A stretch of DNA of 64,000 nucleotides, from positions 8,213 through 72,212 of the forward strand of contig JAOADG010000012.1 of the NCBI GenBank assembly GCA_026417415.1. The letters are read 5' to 3'. Both the position numbers and the translations under genes were made by a program. The stretch's first letter is position 1, and every line of letters begins with the position of its first letter. Below the pieces are notes generated by a model that ran no database searches, was not told where the DNA came from, and worked only from the letters and a program-made list of their open reading frames with translations. The stretch comes from a bacterium. Its GTDB lineage: Bacteria > Electryoneota > JAOADG01. This document shows positions 30,956-39,754 of this stretch, piece by piece.

Positions 30956-33900
30956 TTGCCTATGCGAAGATGTAACACTGGGTCATTAGTCATTTTCTAT
31001 GTTGCACTACTAAGTTGGATTTTACCTCAACAAGTATTGGCGCAATCCACTGATAACCTTGATTCTTTAGCTATTCTTCGTTTAAAAAACGAATTGCTTT
31101 CTATAGAAAAACAGTTAACAGAGATTACGCGTTTAAGTGGAACTGGTATTAGTGATCCGAATTCTCTTGCATCCCAACGATTTACTGAATTACGCGAGCG
31201 CCAAGTGGCGATTGAGAGACGCATTAAAATGCTCTCTTACAAAGGTTTGGACAATGATTCTTTAAGAATTTTAGTAGAAAATTACCAAAGAGAAAAAGAA
31301 CGCATTAACCGTGAAAGTCAGTCATTAAGAAAAGTATTTATTGCACGCTGCGAAACATTTTTGAATCAATGGAGACAAACAGATCCCAGACAAAGATTGC
31401 AAATACCGGATGATTTAATTGCACAAATTGTTTTAAGATTGGCCGAATTGTATGCTTTTGAAGCGTTTGATGATTATGGTGAGGCGATGGAAAAATGGAA
31501 TAAAAATCCAACTTTACCTGAACCAAAAGTGAATTACAACAAAGCAGCCAAAACCTTTGCAGAAGTGGTAAGAGATTTCCCCAACTCACGGTGGGCTCCC
31601 GATGCGATGTATAGTTTAGCGTATATCAAAACCGAACAAGCTAATCCTGATCCGTTTATCTATGATCCATTAAGAGATGAAGCAAGGAGTTTATATACTC
31701 AGCTTATTGAATACTACCCAACTAGTCGTTATGTGGATGAAGCGTATTTTGCGTTGGGAGATTATTGGTTCCATACTCCCCCAAAAAACACGAAACCTGC
31801 TCAGCAACTTGACTCCGCTGAATATTATTACAAACTGATTGTACAAAGAGGAAATAAAAATAAACTGGGTACCGCTTACTATATGCTGGGTTGGACTCAG
31901 TTTAGAAGAAACACAGGTATATCCTATGCAAGGGCGGTAGAATATTTTGAGAAAACAATTTATTTCTACACTGAGAACCCAGAAATCGTTGCGATAAGTA
32001 AACGGGATGATCGTGAAGAAGCCATTAAGTACATTGCAGGGATTTTTGTCGATCAAGGTAAAGTTTGGAACGGTTCAGGCGCTGCAAATGCTGTTCAATT
32101 TGTGGAAGCCGATTCATTTCGAGCAAACACTTATGGAACAAAGATGCTTGAAATACTTGGACAACAGCTTACCATCGCGCAGAATGCCTATGATTCAGCA
32201 ATTTATGTCTGGAAAGGAGCAATACGGATTGCACCTTTAAATGAACGTGCTCCATTTATCCAAAAAAATATTTTAGATATGGCACGATACGAACTGAATA
32301 ACATGAATCTGTGGTATGTTGAAGGGATCAAGTTATTTGAAAACTACAACTCTAAATCACCATGGTGGGCTGCGAACACTTCACCTAAGATACGAAAGCA
32401 AATCCGATCGATGATCCGTACTGTTTATGATGAAGTAACGCGCTATGCTGTTGCGAGATCAATTGATAATACTCGACCTGATTATAACCCAAGTATGATT
32501 GATGAAGCAATTAAACTTGCTTCAGGAATGGTGAATGAATTTCCCAATGATTCTGCTGCTTATGAATGGAATTTTCAAGTTGCTAATATGTTGGCAAGTC
32601 CGCAAGTCAATCGAATTGAAGAAGCATATGAGGAGTATAAAAAGGTTTCTGAAAACTATCCATTTACATGGCACAAGCAGGAATCCAATTTACAGATGCT
32701 TTTGCTAGCAAATGAAAAGGCAACCACGCAATTAAAAGCATTTCCTTACAAAGAAGCAGAAACAGATACTGCGACAGGTTTACCACTTGCTGTGAATGAT
32801 ACACTCACTGATGGCGAAAAACTACTCATACTCGCAGCTGATAAATATGCAAATTCATATCCACAAGATGATACCATCTCTTCTACCTACTTGTACAAAG
32901 CCGGTCTCGTACTTTACCGACGTGGCTACATTGATTCTTCTGCTACTTTTTTTAATCGTGTAATAAAAAATTATCCTACCTCAAAAGCTTATGAATCAGC
33001 ATTTCAATTGTATGTTAATACCTTTTTAGTGAAGAGAGATTTTAAAGGTGCAGAAGTTGCTACACAGGAACTTATTGCGGCACCAGTATCTGATTCTCTA
33101 AAGGTGTTCGCAAAAGAGAGACGTGCGGCAGCAGCTTTTTTCAATGCAGCCGGGCTTCAAGCCAGTGCTGAAAAAATTCTGGAAGATACAACAACGGCCT
33201 CGAAATCAGATGCTTATCGTATTTATGAAGAGGCAGGAGATAACTATGTGAAGGTTGCGGTAGAAACCGATCCTCAGTTCTTTAAAGATGGTGACTTAGC
33301 ATTAGAGAACGCTGCACTCTCTTATCGAAAAGCACAAAAACCAGAAAAAGTGATTTATGCATACAATTTATTAGTGGAAAAGTTTCCTACCTCTAATCGT
33401 GTTCCGAGAGCTTTATACAATTCCGGTTTGATTCTTCAGAATGAATTAAAAAACAATTTAGCTGCTGCACAAAAATTTGAATTGTTAGTCAAGAATTATC
33501 CCAAAGGCGAATACGATGTTAAACAAGCATTAATCAACGCTTCCTACAATTATGAAGAAGCAAAAGATTATTCAAGTGCAGTTCGTATCAATCAAGAATT
33601 TGCAAAGTTATTTCCTAATGAACCTGAAGCTGTCCAACTTCTCTTCAAAACTGCCGGATTGTATCTAAAATTAGGCAATGTGGATGGTGCAAATAAAATA
33701 TATGAAGAATTTGCTCGGCAATATCCCAATAGTCCAAACACTGTTGTGGCACATTATGAAAGAGCAAAGTACGCAGATGAGAGAAATGACCGCGTAGTGG
33801 CACGTAGAGAATATCAACTTGCCTATGAACGGCACAATCAGCTGGTCGCTGCAGGTGGTACTGGAAATCCAGAGTACGCTTCAAAGGCATTGTATCGGAT

Positions 33901-36349
33901 TACTCAATGGGATTTAGATACTTATAGAAACATTCAATTTACAGCGTCCAAGCAATATAGAGAAGGTGTACAACAACGCGATCAGAAAAAAGCATTAAGA
34001 GAAATCCTGTTTAATAACATTCGTAATCTTGTTCAGTTGAGTCAAATTGAACAATTTGAAGCGTTGTATTGGGCAGGTGAATTGGATGAAAATTTCGGTA
34101 CCACACATCTCAATCAAAAAGTTGAACCAGCAAAAGATGCAATTACCAATTATGACAATAGAGAGTTGATCATTGAAGAAACAATTGAGTTTTATAAACT
34201 CGCTGTTAAGGAATATGCGAATTCTCTTGTACAATACGATAAGGCAATAGAATTGCTTGAACAACAATACAACGAGCAAGTTGCATTAAGAGATACACTT
34301 TTTGCACAAATAGAAAAAATGACTCAGTCCAATGCATCTGGGATTGCAGACTCAAATACCGTTTTAGAGGTTAGAAACAATCTAGTCAATAAACTCAATA
34401 CTGCACTTGTTGAAGCAAAGAGATGGCGAGAGCGTGCCAGAGAAAAAGCTCCGGAACTTGCGTTTCGTAACGCAATGCTCAAAAAAGAGATATTATTAAG
34501 TGCTTCAGCTTTACCCGATGTTCCCAATCCTAAAATAAAAGATGTGGATGTTGGTAGAACTTTGTACCGTCAACAAGTACTAAGTGGTGTAATTGGTGAA
34601 TTCACGAAAAAACTTTTTGAATCCTTTATGGAAGCCATTAAAGTTGCACGAGAAGCTGGATACGAAGAAAAATGGGCACAACCTGCACGTGTTGAAATGG
34701 CTTCAGCAGTTGATTTTGTGTTGAAAGATGCATCACAATTGAATCAACGCTGGTTTGATATTTTTCAAAGATATCACCAAGATATCCAGAATTTATTACC
34801 AAGAGGTGAAGGTGCAAGAGATAGGCAACGAAGAGAAGTTTTAACCATAGCATCTGAACTTGAACAAATCGTTGCATTGTATGCAGGTGATAAAGGTGTA
34901 ACAGCTGTTGTAAATAAAATTATCAATGAACTAATCGAAATCATTCAATCCGATGAAAAAGAATTCGTAGCAATGCAACCTATGGTTGAGAAAGTTTTGA
35001 AATGGTATTTGGACGAAGCAGAAAAAACAGTTCCTTATATTGAAATTTCACGGAATGCTGATATAAGTGCGAAAAATAAATTTGCGGAAACCAGTCAATA
35101 TCAATATGAAGATGCATATCTAAAATATGAGTCCATCCGTTTGTACTTTGAAAGCCAATATAAAGATTTATTAAGTTCGGGTTATGATCTTAGTGAGCGG
35201 TATAAGTTTGATTCTCCAACAGTTCCGATGTTGATACAAAAGTTAGCAGAGATTGATCCTGAAACTTATGGTGCTAAAGTAGGGATCACTGTAAAAGAGA
35301 ACGTAGTTTATAGTGATGAAAATTGGATTGCGATTGATAAATATATTGAAGGATTTACTGAATCGAATTTAGATTTAACAGGTTGGAGATACGCTGAAAT
35401 TAGTCCTATGGTATTCAACGATAGTGCAAAAGCAGTATTGGGAGCTGCAAAACCTATACACTACGTAACCAAACCCAATGGAACCAAAACATGGTTCAGA
35501 AAAGCAGTTTGGATACCAGAAAGGGTTACCTCTGCATCCTTGTCATTTGTTGCAGATCAAATTGTTTCGGTATTTGCAAACAAAGAGTTTTTATACTCAA
35601 CTCCAGAAGAAGTTACAGATTGGACGATGCCAGTAACTATAGATGTTTCACCGATTATCAAAGCGGGATATAATGTTCTAACCTTTGAAGTCGAAGATAC
35701 GGATGGATCAAATAATGGAATTGCAGTGATGTTTAAATATCGAACAGTACCAGGTGTTGTAACTCCAGTTTATCCGGAACCACCCAATGCTTCAACGATT
35801 AACAATGTTAAGCGGGGATTGGATATACCACCTCCTGTAGAAACGAAAGCAGAGCCCACGATCGAAAAACAGGAACAAGTTACACCTGAAGCTCCTACTA
35901 CTGGAACAGAAGCACCGGTTGCTATTCCAGAAACCATTCCCCAGCAACCTGTAGAAACGCCTATACAGCAAGCTACACCGGTTCAGGAAGAACAGAAAGA
36001 AGTAGTTCCGGAAACAGAGATACCGGTTTCTACACCGGAATCAGTTCCACAACAACCTGTAGAAACGCCTACACAGCAAGCTGCACCGGTTCAGGAGGAA
36101 GTGACACCTAAAACTGAACAATTGGAAACAACACCAGTAATTCCTGAAGTAGAGCAACAAAAAGAAGTTTTACCAGAATCGGTCACAACACCAGTAGATA
36201 CAACTAATACAACAACTACTGTTCAAGACACAATTCAAACCTTGCCAGTTGAAGAAACAGTCCCAAGAGGAATGGAGGAATTAGAGGAAATTCCTGTGGA
36301 TACATCATCTGCTCCTGTGGACACTTTAGAACCTAATCAAGGTCAATAA
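30956..36349 (+). CDS. Giant exported TPR protein (GltD/AgmU-like) with jelly-roll domain and P/E/T-rich tail
   Basis: Signal peptide; many outer-envelope-type TPRs (FPNSRWAPDAMYSLAY, YPTSRYVDEAYFALGDY, AYYMLGW); WFRK...AD....FAN...G.N.L..EV.D beta-sandwich; low-complexity tail. Confidence 0.75.
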   Translation: MPMRRCNTGSLVIFYVALLSWILPQQVLAQSTDNLDSLAILRLKNELLSIEKQLTEITRLSGTGISDPNSLASQRFTELRERQVAIERRIKMLSYKGLDNDSLRILVENYQREKERINRESQSLRKVFIARCETFLNQWRQTDPRQRLQIPDDLIAQIVLRLAELYAFEAFDDYGEAMEKWNKNPTLPEPKVNYNKAAKTFAEVVRDFPNSRWAPDAMYSLAYIKTEQANPDPFIYDPLRDEARSLYTQLIEYYPTSRYVDEAYFALGDYWFHTPPKNTKPAQQLDSAEYYYKLIVQRGNKNKLGTAYYMLGWTQFRRNTGISYARAVEYFEKTIYFYTENPEIVAISKRDDREEAIKYIAGIFVDQGKVWNGSGAANAVQFVEADSFRANTYGTKMLEILGQQLTIAQNAYDSAIYVWKGAIRIAPLNERAPFIQKNILDMARYELNNMNLWYVEGIKLFENYNSKSPWWAANTSPKIRKQIRSMIRTVYDEVTRYAVARSIDNTRPDYNPSMIDEAIKLASGMVNEFPNDSAAYEWNFQVANMLASPQVNRIEEAYEEYKKVSENYPFTWHKQESNLQMLLLANEKATTQLKAFPYKEAETDTATGLPLAVNDTLTDGEKLLILAADKYANSYPQDDTISSTYLYKAGLVLYRRGYIDSSATFFNRVIKNYPTSKAYESAFQLYVNTFLVKRDFKGAEVATQELIAAPVSDSLKVFAKERRAAAAFFNAAGLQASAEKILEDTTTASKSDAYRIYEEAGDNYVKVAVETDPQFFKDGDLALENAALSYRKAQKPEKVIYAYNLLVEKFPTSNRVPRALYNSGLILQNELKNNLAAAQKFELLVKNYPKGEYDVKQALINASYNYEEAKDYSSAVRINQEFAKLFPNEPEAVQLLFKTAGLYLKLGNVDGANKIYEEFARQYPNSPNTVVAHYERAKYADERNDRVVARREYQLAYERHNQLVAAGGTGNPEYASKALYRITQWDLDTYRNIQFTASKQYREGVQQRDQKKALREILFNNIRNLVQLSQIEQFEALYWAGELDENFGTTHLNQKVEPAKDAITNYDNRELIIEETIEFYKLAVKEYANSLVQYDKAIELLEQQYNEQVALRDTLFAQIEKMTQSNASGIADSNTVLEVRNNLVNKLNTALVEAKRWRERAREKAPELAFRNAMLKKEILLSASALPDVPNPKIKDVDVGRTLYRQQVLSGVIGEFTKKLFESFMEAIKVAREAGYEEKWAQPARVEMASAVDFVLKDASQLNQRWFDIFQRYHQDIQNLLPRGEGARDRQRREVLTIASELEQIVALYAGDKGVTAVVNKIINELIEIIQSDEKEFVAMQPMVEKVLKWYLDEAEKTVPYIEISRNADISAKNKFAETSQYQYEDAYLKYESIRLYFESQYKDLLSSGYDLSERYKFDSPTVPMLIQKLAEIDPETYGAKVGITVKENVVYSDENWIAIDKYIEGFTESNLDLTGWRYAEISPMVFNDSAKAVLGAAKPIHYVTKPNGTKTWFRKAVWIPERVTSASLSFVADQIVSVFANKEFLYSTPEEVTDWTMPVTIDVSPIIKAGYNVLTFEVEDTDGSNNGIAVMFKYRTVPGVVTPVYPEPPNASTINNVKRGLDIPPPVETKAEPTIEKQEQVTPEAPTTGTEAPVAIPETIPQQPVETPIQQATPVQEEQKEVVPETEIPVSTPESVPQQPVETPTQQAAPVQEEVTPKTEQLETTPVIPEVEQQKEVLPESVTTPVDTTNTTTTVQDTIQTLPVEETVPRGMEELEEIPVDTSSAPVDTLEPNQGQ
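35903..36100 (+). repeat. 108-nt (36-aa) tandem duplication in the acidic tail
   Basis: CAACCTGTAGAAACGCCTA at 35945 and 36053; PQQPVETPIQQATPVQEE versus PQQPVETPTQQAAPVQEE. Confidence 0.85.
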
Positions 36350-36372
36350 GTGGAATAGGAAAGGAGAAAATT

Positions 36373-36690
36373 ATGAGAGTTATCATTGTCATTTTATCCT
36401 TATTCAGTTTAGGTATCGGTTCTTTGGCGTATTCACAACAAACGATGACTTTTGAAGAAAAAATTCGAGCGGAAGTGGATTTTCCAAAGTGGATGCTCTT
36501 TGGTGGAAGACAAAGATCGGAGTTCCCAAAGGCGACTTTGGATTTAAATGCAAGCGATATTTTAACAAAAGTACCGTATGTATTATATAGAGCGGATCCA
36601 GTTGAAAGAAAACCCTTACTGGGTTTTCAACTAAATGATAAGGATTTTTATACACCAACCATTAAAATTGAGTTTGAATTAAAAAGGTAA
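36373..36690 (+). CDS. Small secreted protein (GltF/CglF-like position)
   Basis: AAGGAG SD, signal peptide ending AYS, 105 aa, sits between the TPR genes and exbB. Confidence 0.55.
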   Translation: MRVIIVILSLFSLGIGSLAYSQQTMTFEEKIRAEVDFPKWMLFGGRQRSEFPKATLDLNASDILTKVPYVLYRADPVERKPLLGFQLNDKDFYTPTIKIEFELKR

Positions 36691-36719
36691 TTGCAAGAAT
36701 TTGTTATTTCAATTATATT
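36691..36719 (+). promoter_or_regulatory. Candidate internal sigma70 promoter for the motor genes
   Basis: TTGCAA-N17-TATATT, ending 42 nt before the exbB-like ATG. Confidence 0.45.
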
Positions 36720-36761
36720 CGCAACTTGGTTAAACAATAGGACTTTAACGGAGGAATCAAA

Positions 36762-37406
36762 ATGGAACAATTTTTATCAAAGTTCTTCTCAGCTTACAAC
36801 TTAGCAAATGATGGAAGTTTGTTTATGTGGGCAATTGCTTTAATGGGTGCTTGGGGTCTAGTAATCATCGTTGAACGCTTTAACACCATTTGGATGAAAG
36901 CCAATGTAAACGCAAAAGCGTTTATGACAGAAATTTATCAGTATTTGCGTTCAAATAACGTAGATGCTGCAATCAAACTCTGTAGTGAGGGTGAACAAAA
37001 AGCATTGGTCAAAGTTGTCGGTGCAATTCTAAAAGCGTATAAGCAACACGGTGATTATCGTGCCATGCAAAATGCAGCTGACGAAGCGGTTTTGGAAATT
37101 GTACCACATTTGAATAAGCGTACTCCAATGCTACAAATGATCTCGGGTGTATCTACGTTGTTAGGGCTAATCGGGACCATTTATGGTTTGATTATTGCAT
37201 TCTCTGCTGCTGCTGCTGCCGGTGCGGGTGGTTCTCAAGCATTAACGGTAGGTATTTCTGTAGCAATGTTAACGACCTTTGCCGGTCTTATGAATGCTAT
37301 TCCGATTTCATTGTTGCATGCTGTTATCCAAAGCAAGACCAATCATATCATTGAAACCATTGACGAAAATTCTGTAAAATTGATGAACTTCTTAATTGCC
37401 AAATAA
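36762..37406 (+). CDS. MotA/TolQ/ExbB proton channel subunit (AglR-like)
   Basis: IIVERF, TLLGLIGTIYGLI.AF, GISVAMLTTFAGL..AIP. Confidence 0.93.
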   Translation: MEQFLSKFFSAYNLANDGSLFMWAIALMGAWGLVIIVERFNTIWMKANVNAKAFMTEIYQYLRSNNVDAAIKLCSEGEQKALVKVVGAILKAYKQHGDYRAMQNAADEAVLEIVPHLNKRTPMLQMISGVSTLLGLIGTIYGLIIAFSAAAAAGAGGSQALTVGISVAMLTTFAGLMNAIPISLLHAVIQSKTNHIIETIDENSVKLMNFLIAK

Positions 37407-37439
37407 TTGGATTAAAACAGAAGAAAGGAACTTTATTTT

Positions 37440-38060
37440 ATGGCGTTCCAACCATCCAAAAAGGCAAAACTGTTATTTAGAGATTACTCGGAACCTGATT
37501 TAGTCCCGTTAATGAACATCATGTTGATTTTGATTCCTTTGTTGGTCTCAATTGTATCGTTCATTCAGTTTGCTTTCTTACAGTATAATCCTAATCCTGC
37601 AGCGGGTGGAGAAGGCGCTGGTGGAGGTGGCGGTGGAAGTGGTGAAGCGGGAGAAATGTTAAACTTGGTGCTTAATATTACTGAAAATTCTTTTCAAATT
37701 TCAGTTCTCAATGCACTGCCAGGAAGTCCTAACTATTTTGAAATACCAAAGTTAGAGAATGGGCGATACAACTATACCGGTCTTAAAGATCGGTTAATGT
37801 ACATTAGAAAAGAAATCGTTAAAGATCCTATTGAGACGAAAGAAACCATTGATCCGTTAACACGACAGATTTCTTATACAATGCGGTTTCGTTACGCTGA
37901 TGGAAATATCATCAACATATCAGCAAAGAATGAGATTCCTTGGCAAGTATGTACACGAGTACTTGATGTCATTCGTGAGTACGAAGTGAAGACACTTCCG
38001 AACGGTGCAAAATTATCTATCCCTTTGTTTGCTGAACCTGTATTTGGTCAAATTCAATAA
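37440..38060 (+). CDS. ExbD/TolR-family subunit 1 (Asn at the conserved TM Asp)
   Basis: DLVPLMNIMLILIPLL TM; periplasmic I.ISA...IPW.....VLD..R. Confidence 0.85.
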   Translation: MAFQPSKKAKLLFRDYSEPDLVPLMNIMLILIPLLVSIVSFIQFAFLQYNPNPAAGGEGAGGGGGGSGEAGEMLNLVLNITENSFQISVLNALPGSPNYFEIPKLENGRYNYTGLKDRLMYIRKEIVKDPIETKETIDPLTRQISYTMRFRYADGNIINISAKNEIPWQVCTRVLDVIREYEVKTLPNGAKLSIPLFAEPVFGQIQ

Positions 38061-38078
38061 GAGAGGAGTGGTAGCATT

Positions 38079-38576
38079 ATGGCAATGAGCCCCACTAAAA
38101 GGGTAAAAAATAAAACCAAAGAGTTTAAAATGCCGCCATTAACCTCGTTAATGGATGCCATAACCATCTTGACATTCTTTTTATTGACTCAAATGTCAAC
38201 CAGCACGATTTTACATCCACTTATTGAATCGGTTCCTAAATCTACCGTTGAAAACGAAGTAGTCAAAGGGTTAGTTCTTGGATTAGACCGTAGTGGATTG
38301 TTTCAGGATCTTGGACAAACAGTAAAAGAAGAACAGCGAAAAATTTTGTTGGCATCACCTAGCGAGATGGAATCACCTGAACTGGATATACCAGCATTAA
38401 CCGCAGTATTAAGTGATGAAATCCAACGTACTCAAGCAAGAGGTCTTCCACCACATACCATTACATTAATGGTGGATTCATTGATAAAATACAGTTGGGT
38501 ACTCAAAGTCATTAATACAGCAGGCAATTTGAATTATCCAAAAATTGACTTTGTGGTATTAAAAGGAAGAGGATAA
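38079..38576 (+). CDS. ExbD/TolR-family subunit 2
   Basis: LTSLMDAITILTFFLL TM, VPKS, D..I.Y....KVINTA....Y.KI.FVV. Confidence 0.88.
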   Translation: MAMSPTKRVKNKTKEFKMPPLTSLMDAITILTFFLLTQMSTSTILHPLIESVPKSTVENEVVKGLVLGLDRSGLFQDLGQTVKEEQRKILLASPSEMESPELDIPALTAVLSDEIQRTQARGLPPHTITLMVDSLIKYSWVLKVINTAGNLNYPKIDFVVLKGRG

Positions 38577-38586
38577 GGGGGAAACT

Positions 38587-39633
38587 ATGGCTACAGCGGT
38601 TTCTACGTTCCCAAAACATTTGGAAAGGAATTGGTTCCGTGAAAAAATGGAGGAAGACCGCGATTTTCTGATCATCTTCTTCTTAGGATACCTATTGGTA
38701 ATCACTTTTTTTGCGGTGATGGGTTCTTTAGAATGGAAAGAAATGACGCTTGAAGATGCACAAAGACATTTAGATAAATTGTACTCGGTAAAGACATCTA
38801 CGCCTGCCTATGCACGACGGCAAATTATGCAACAAGGTAAGAAAGAAGAAGAAGTGAAAACTGCTGATGAAGGACGACAAGCAGAGGCACGTGGAAGAAC
38901 TGAAGAAAAGAAAGTTCTATCTGCGGAAGAACGTCGTGCTCGCCGTGAAGCTGCTGCTGGTGCTATGTCTGCACAGATTGGTTCTGCCATTGATGCCGCT
39001 TCATCTGTAGGAATCTTTAGACGTGCAGGTGCTGCTGGTGGTGGACGTGGAGGTAGAGGTGCAGGTGCAGTTGCTGGGCTTAGCACCGGTATTGGTAGCG
39101 GTGCGGACATGAAAGGTCTTGCGGGTATTGGTGTATCTGGTCAGGATTTAGCCAATGCCCAGCGATTGAGAGGTTCAGGTTCACTAATTGAAGGTGGTGG
39201 TGGTACTGGTGGTAGGTTAAATTTAAGAGATATGACACCTGCGGAAATTGATGCATTGATTAAGCGTGCAAGTGTTAAAGCCGTAGGAGCACCCACAGTT
39301 GTAGGTTCAGAAAAAGCCAAAGTTGCTAAAGGTAGAACCACTGAGGATTTATCAAGACAAATTGCAAGTTATTCTAATCAAGTTAAAGCATGTTATCAGC
39401 AGTTTTTAAGACAAGATCCCAATTTAGCTGGAACTGTTCGTTTATCTTTTACCATAAAACCAAATGGCACTACTTCAGCAGTGCGAGTCACGGAAAGTGA
39501 TTGGAGTGATGCAAGTTTAGGAAATCGAGTAAACGCATGTATTGTTCAACGAGCACAAAGTTGGAGATTTGATCAAATAGAAGCTACGAGTGGTGACTTG
39601 ACTGTAAATTACACGTATGTATTTTCTCGGTAA
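38587..39633 (+). CDS. GltG/AgmX-PglI-like TonB-type energy transducer
   Basis: N-terminal TM, charged helix, Gly/Ala-rich linker, C-terminal VKACYQQFLRQDPNLAGTVRLSFTI.P.G...V.ACI......WRF...V.Y.YVF domain. Confidence 0.85.
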   Translation: MATAVSTFPKHLERNWFREKMEEDRDFLIIFFLGYLLVITFFAVMGSLEWKEMTLEDAQRHLDKLYSVKTSTPAYARRQIMQQGKKEEEVKTADEGRQAEARGRTEEKKVLSAEERRARREAAAGAMSAQIGSAIDAASSVGIFRRAGAAGGGRGGRGAGAVAGLSTGIGSGADMKGLAGIGVSGQDLANAQRLRGSGSLIEGGGGTGGRLNLRDMTPAEIDALIKRASVKAVGAPTVVGSEKAKVAKGRTTEDLSRQIASYSNQVKACYQQFLRQDPNLAGTVRLSFTIKPNGTTSAVRVTESDWSDASLGNRVNACIVQRAQSWRFDQIEATSGDLTVNYTYVFSR

Positions 39634-39693
39634 ATGCGGAGGTGAATTTAATATCTTTTTTGATTTAGTAAGTGTTGAATTTCGTTAAGCTAC

Positions 39694-39730
39694 AAGGAAC
39701 CGTAGTCATCTTCGGTTCCTTTCTAATTTT
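39694..39730 (+). terminator. Terminator-like hairpin closing the TPR-motor cluster
   Basis: AAGGAACCG-10 nt loop-CGGTTCCTT followed by a T-rich tract. Confidence 0.6.
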
Positions 39731-39754
39731 ATTTTAGATAATTGGAATCAATTT

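Noticed and set aside
36762-39633. Ordinary Tol-Pal or TonB-ExbBD uptake locus
   Set aside because: No tolB, pal or TonB-dependent receptor; two ExbD paralogues, an AgmX/PglI-type C-domain and giant TPR genes fit an Agl-Glt-like core better.
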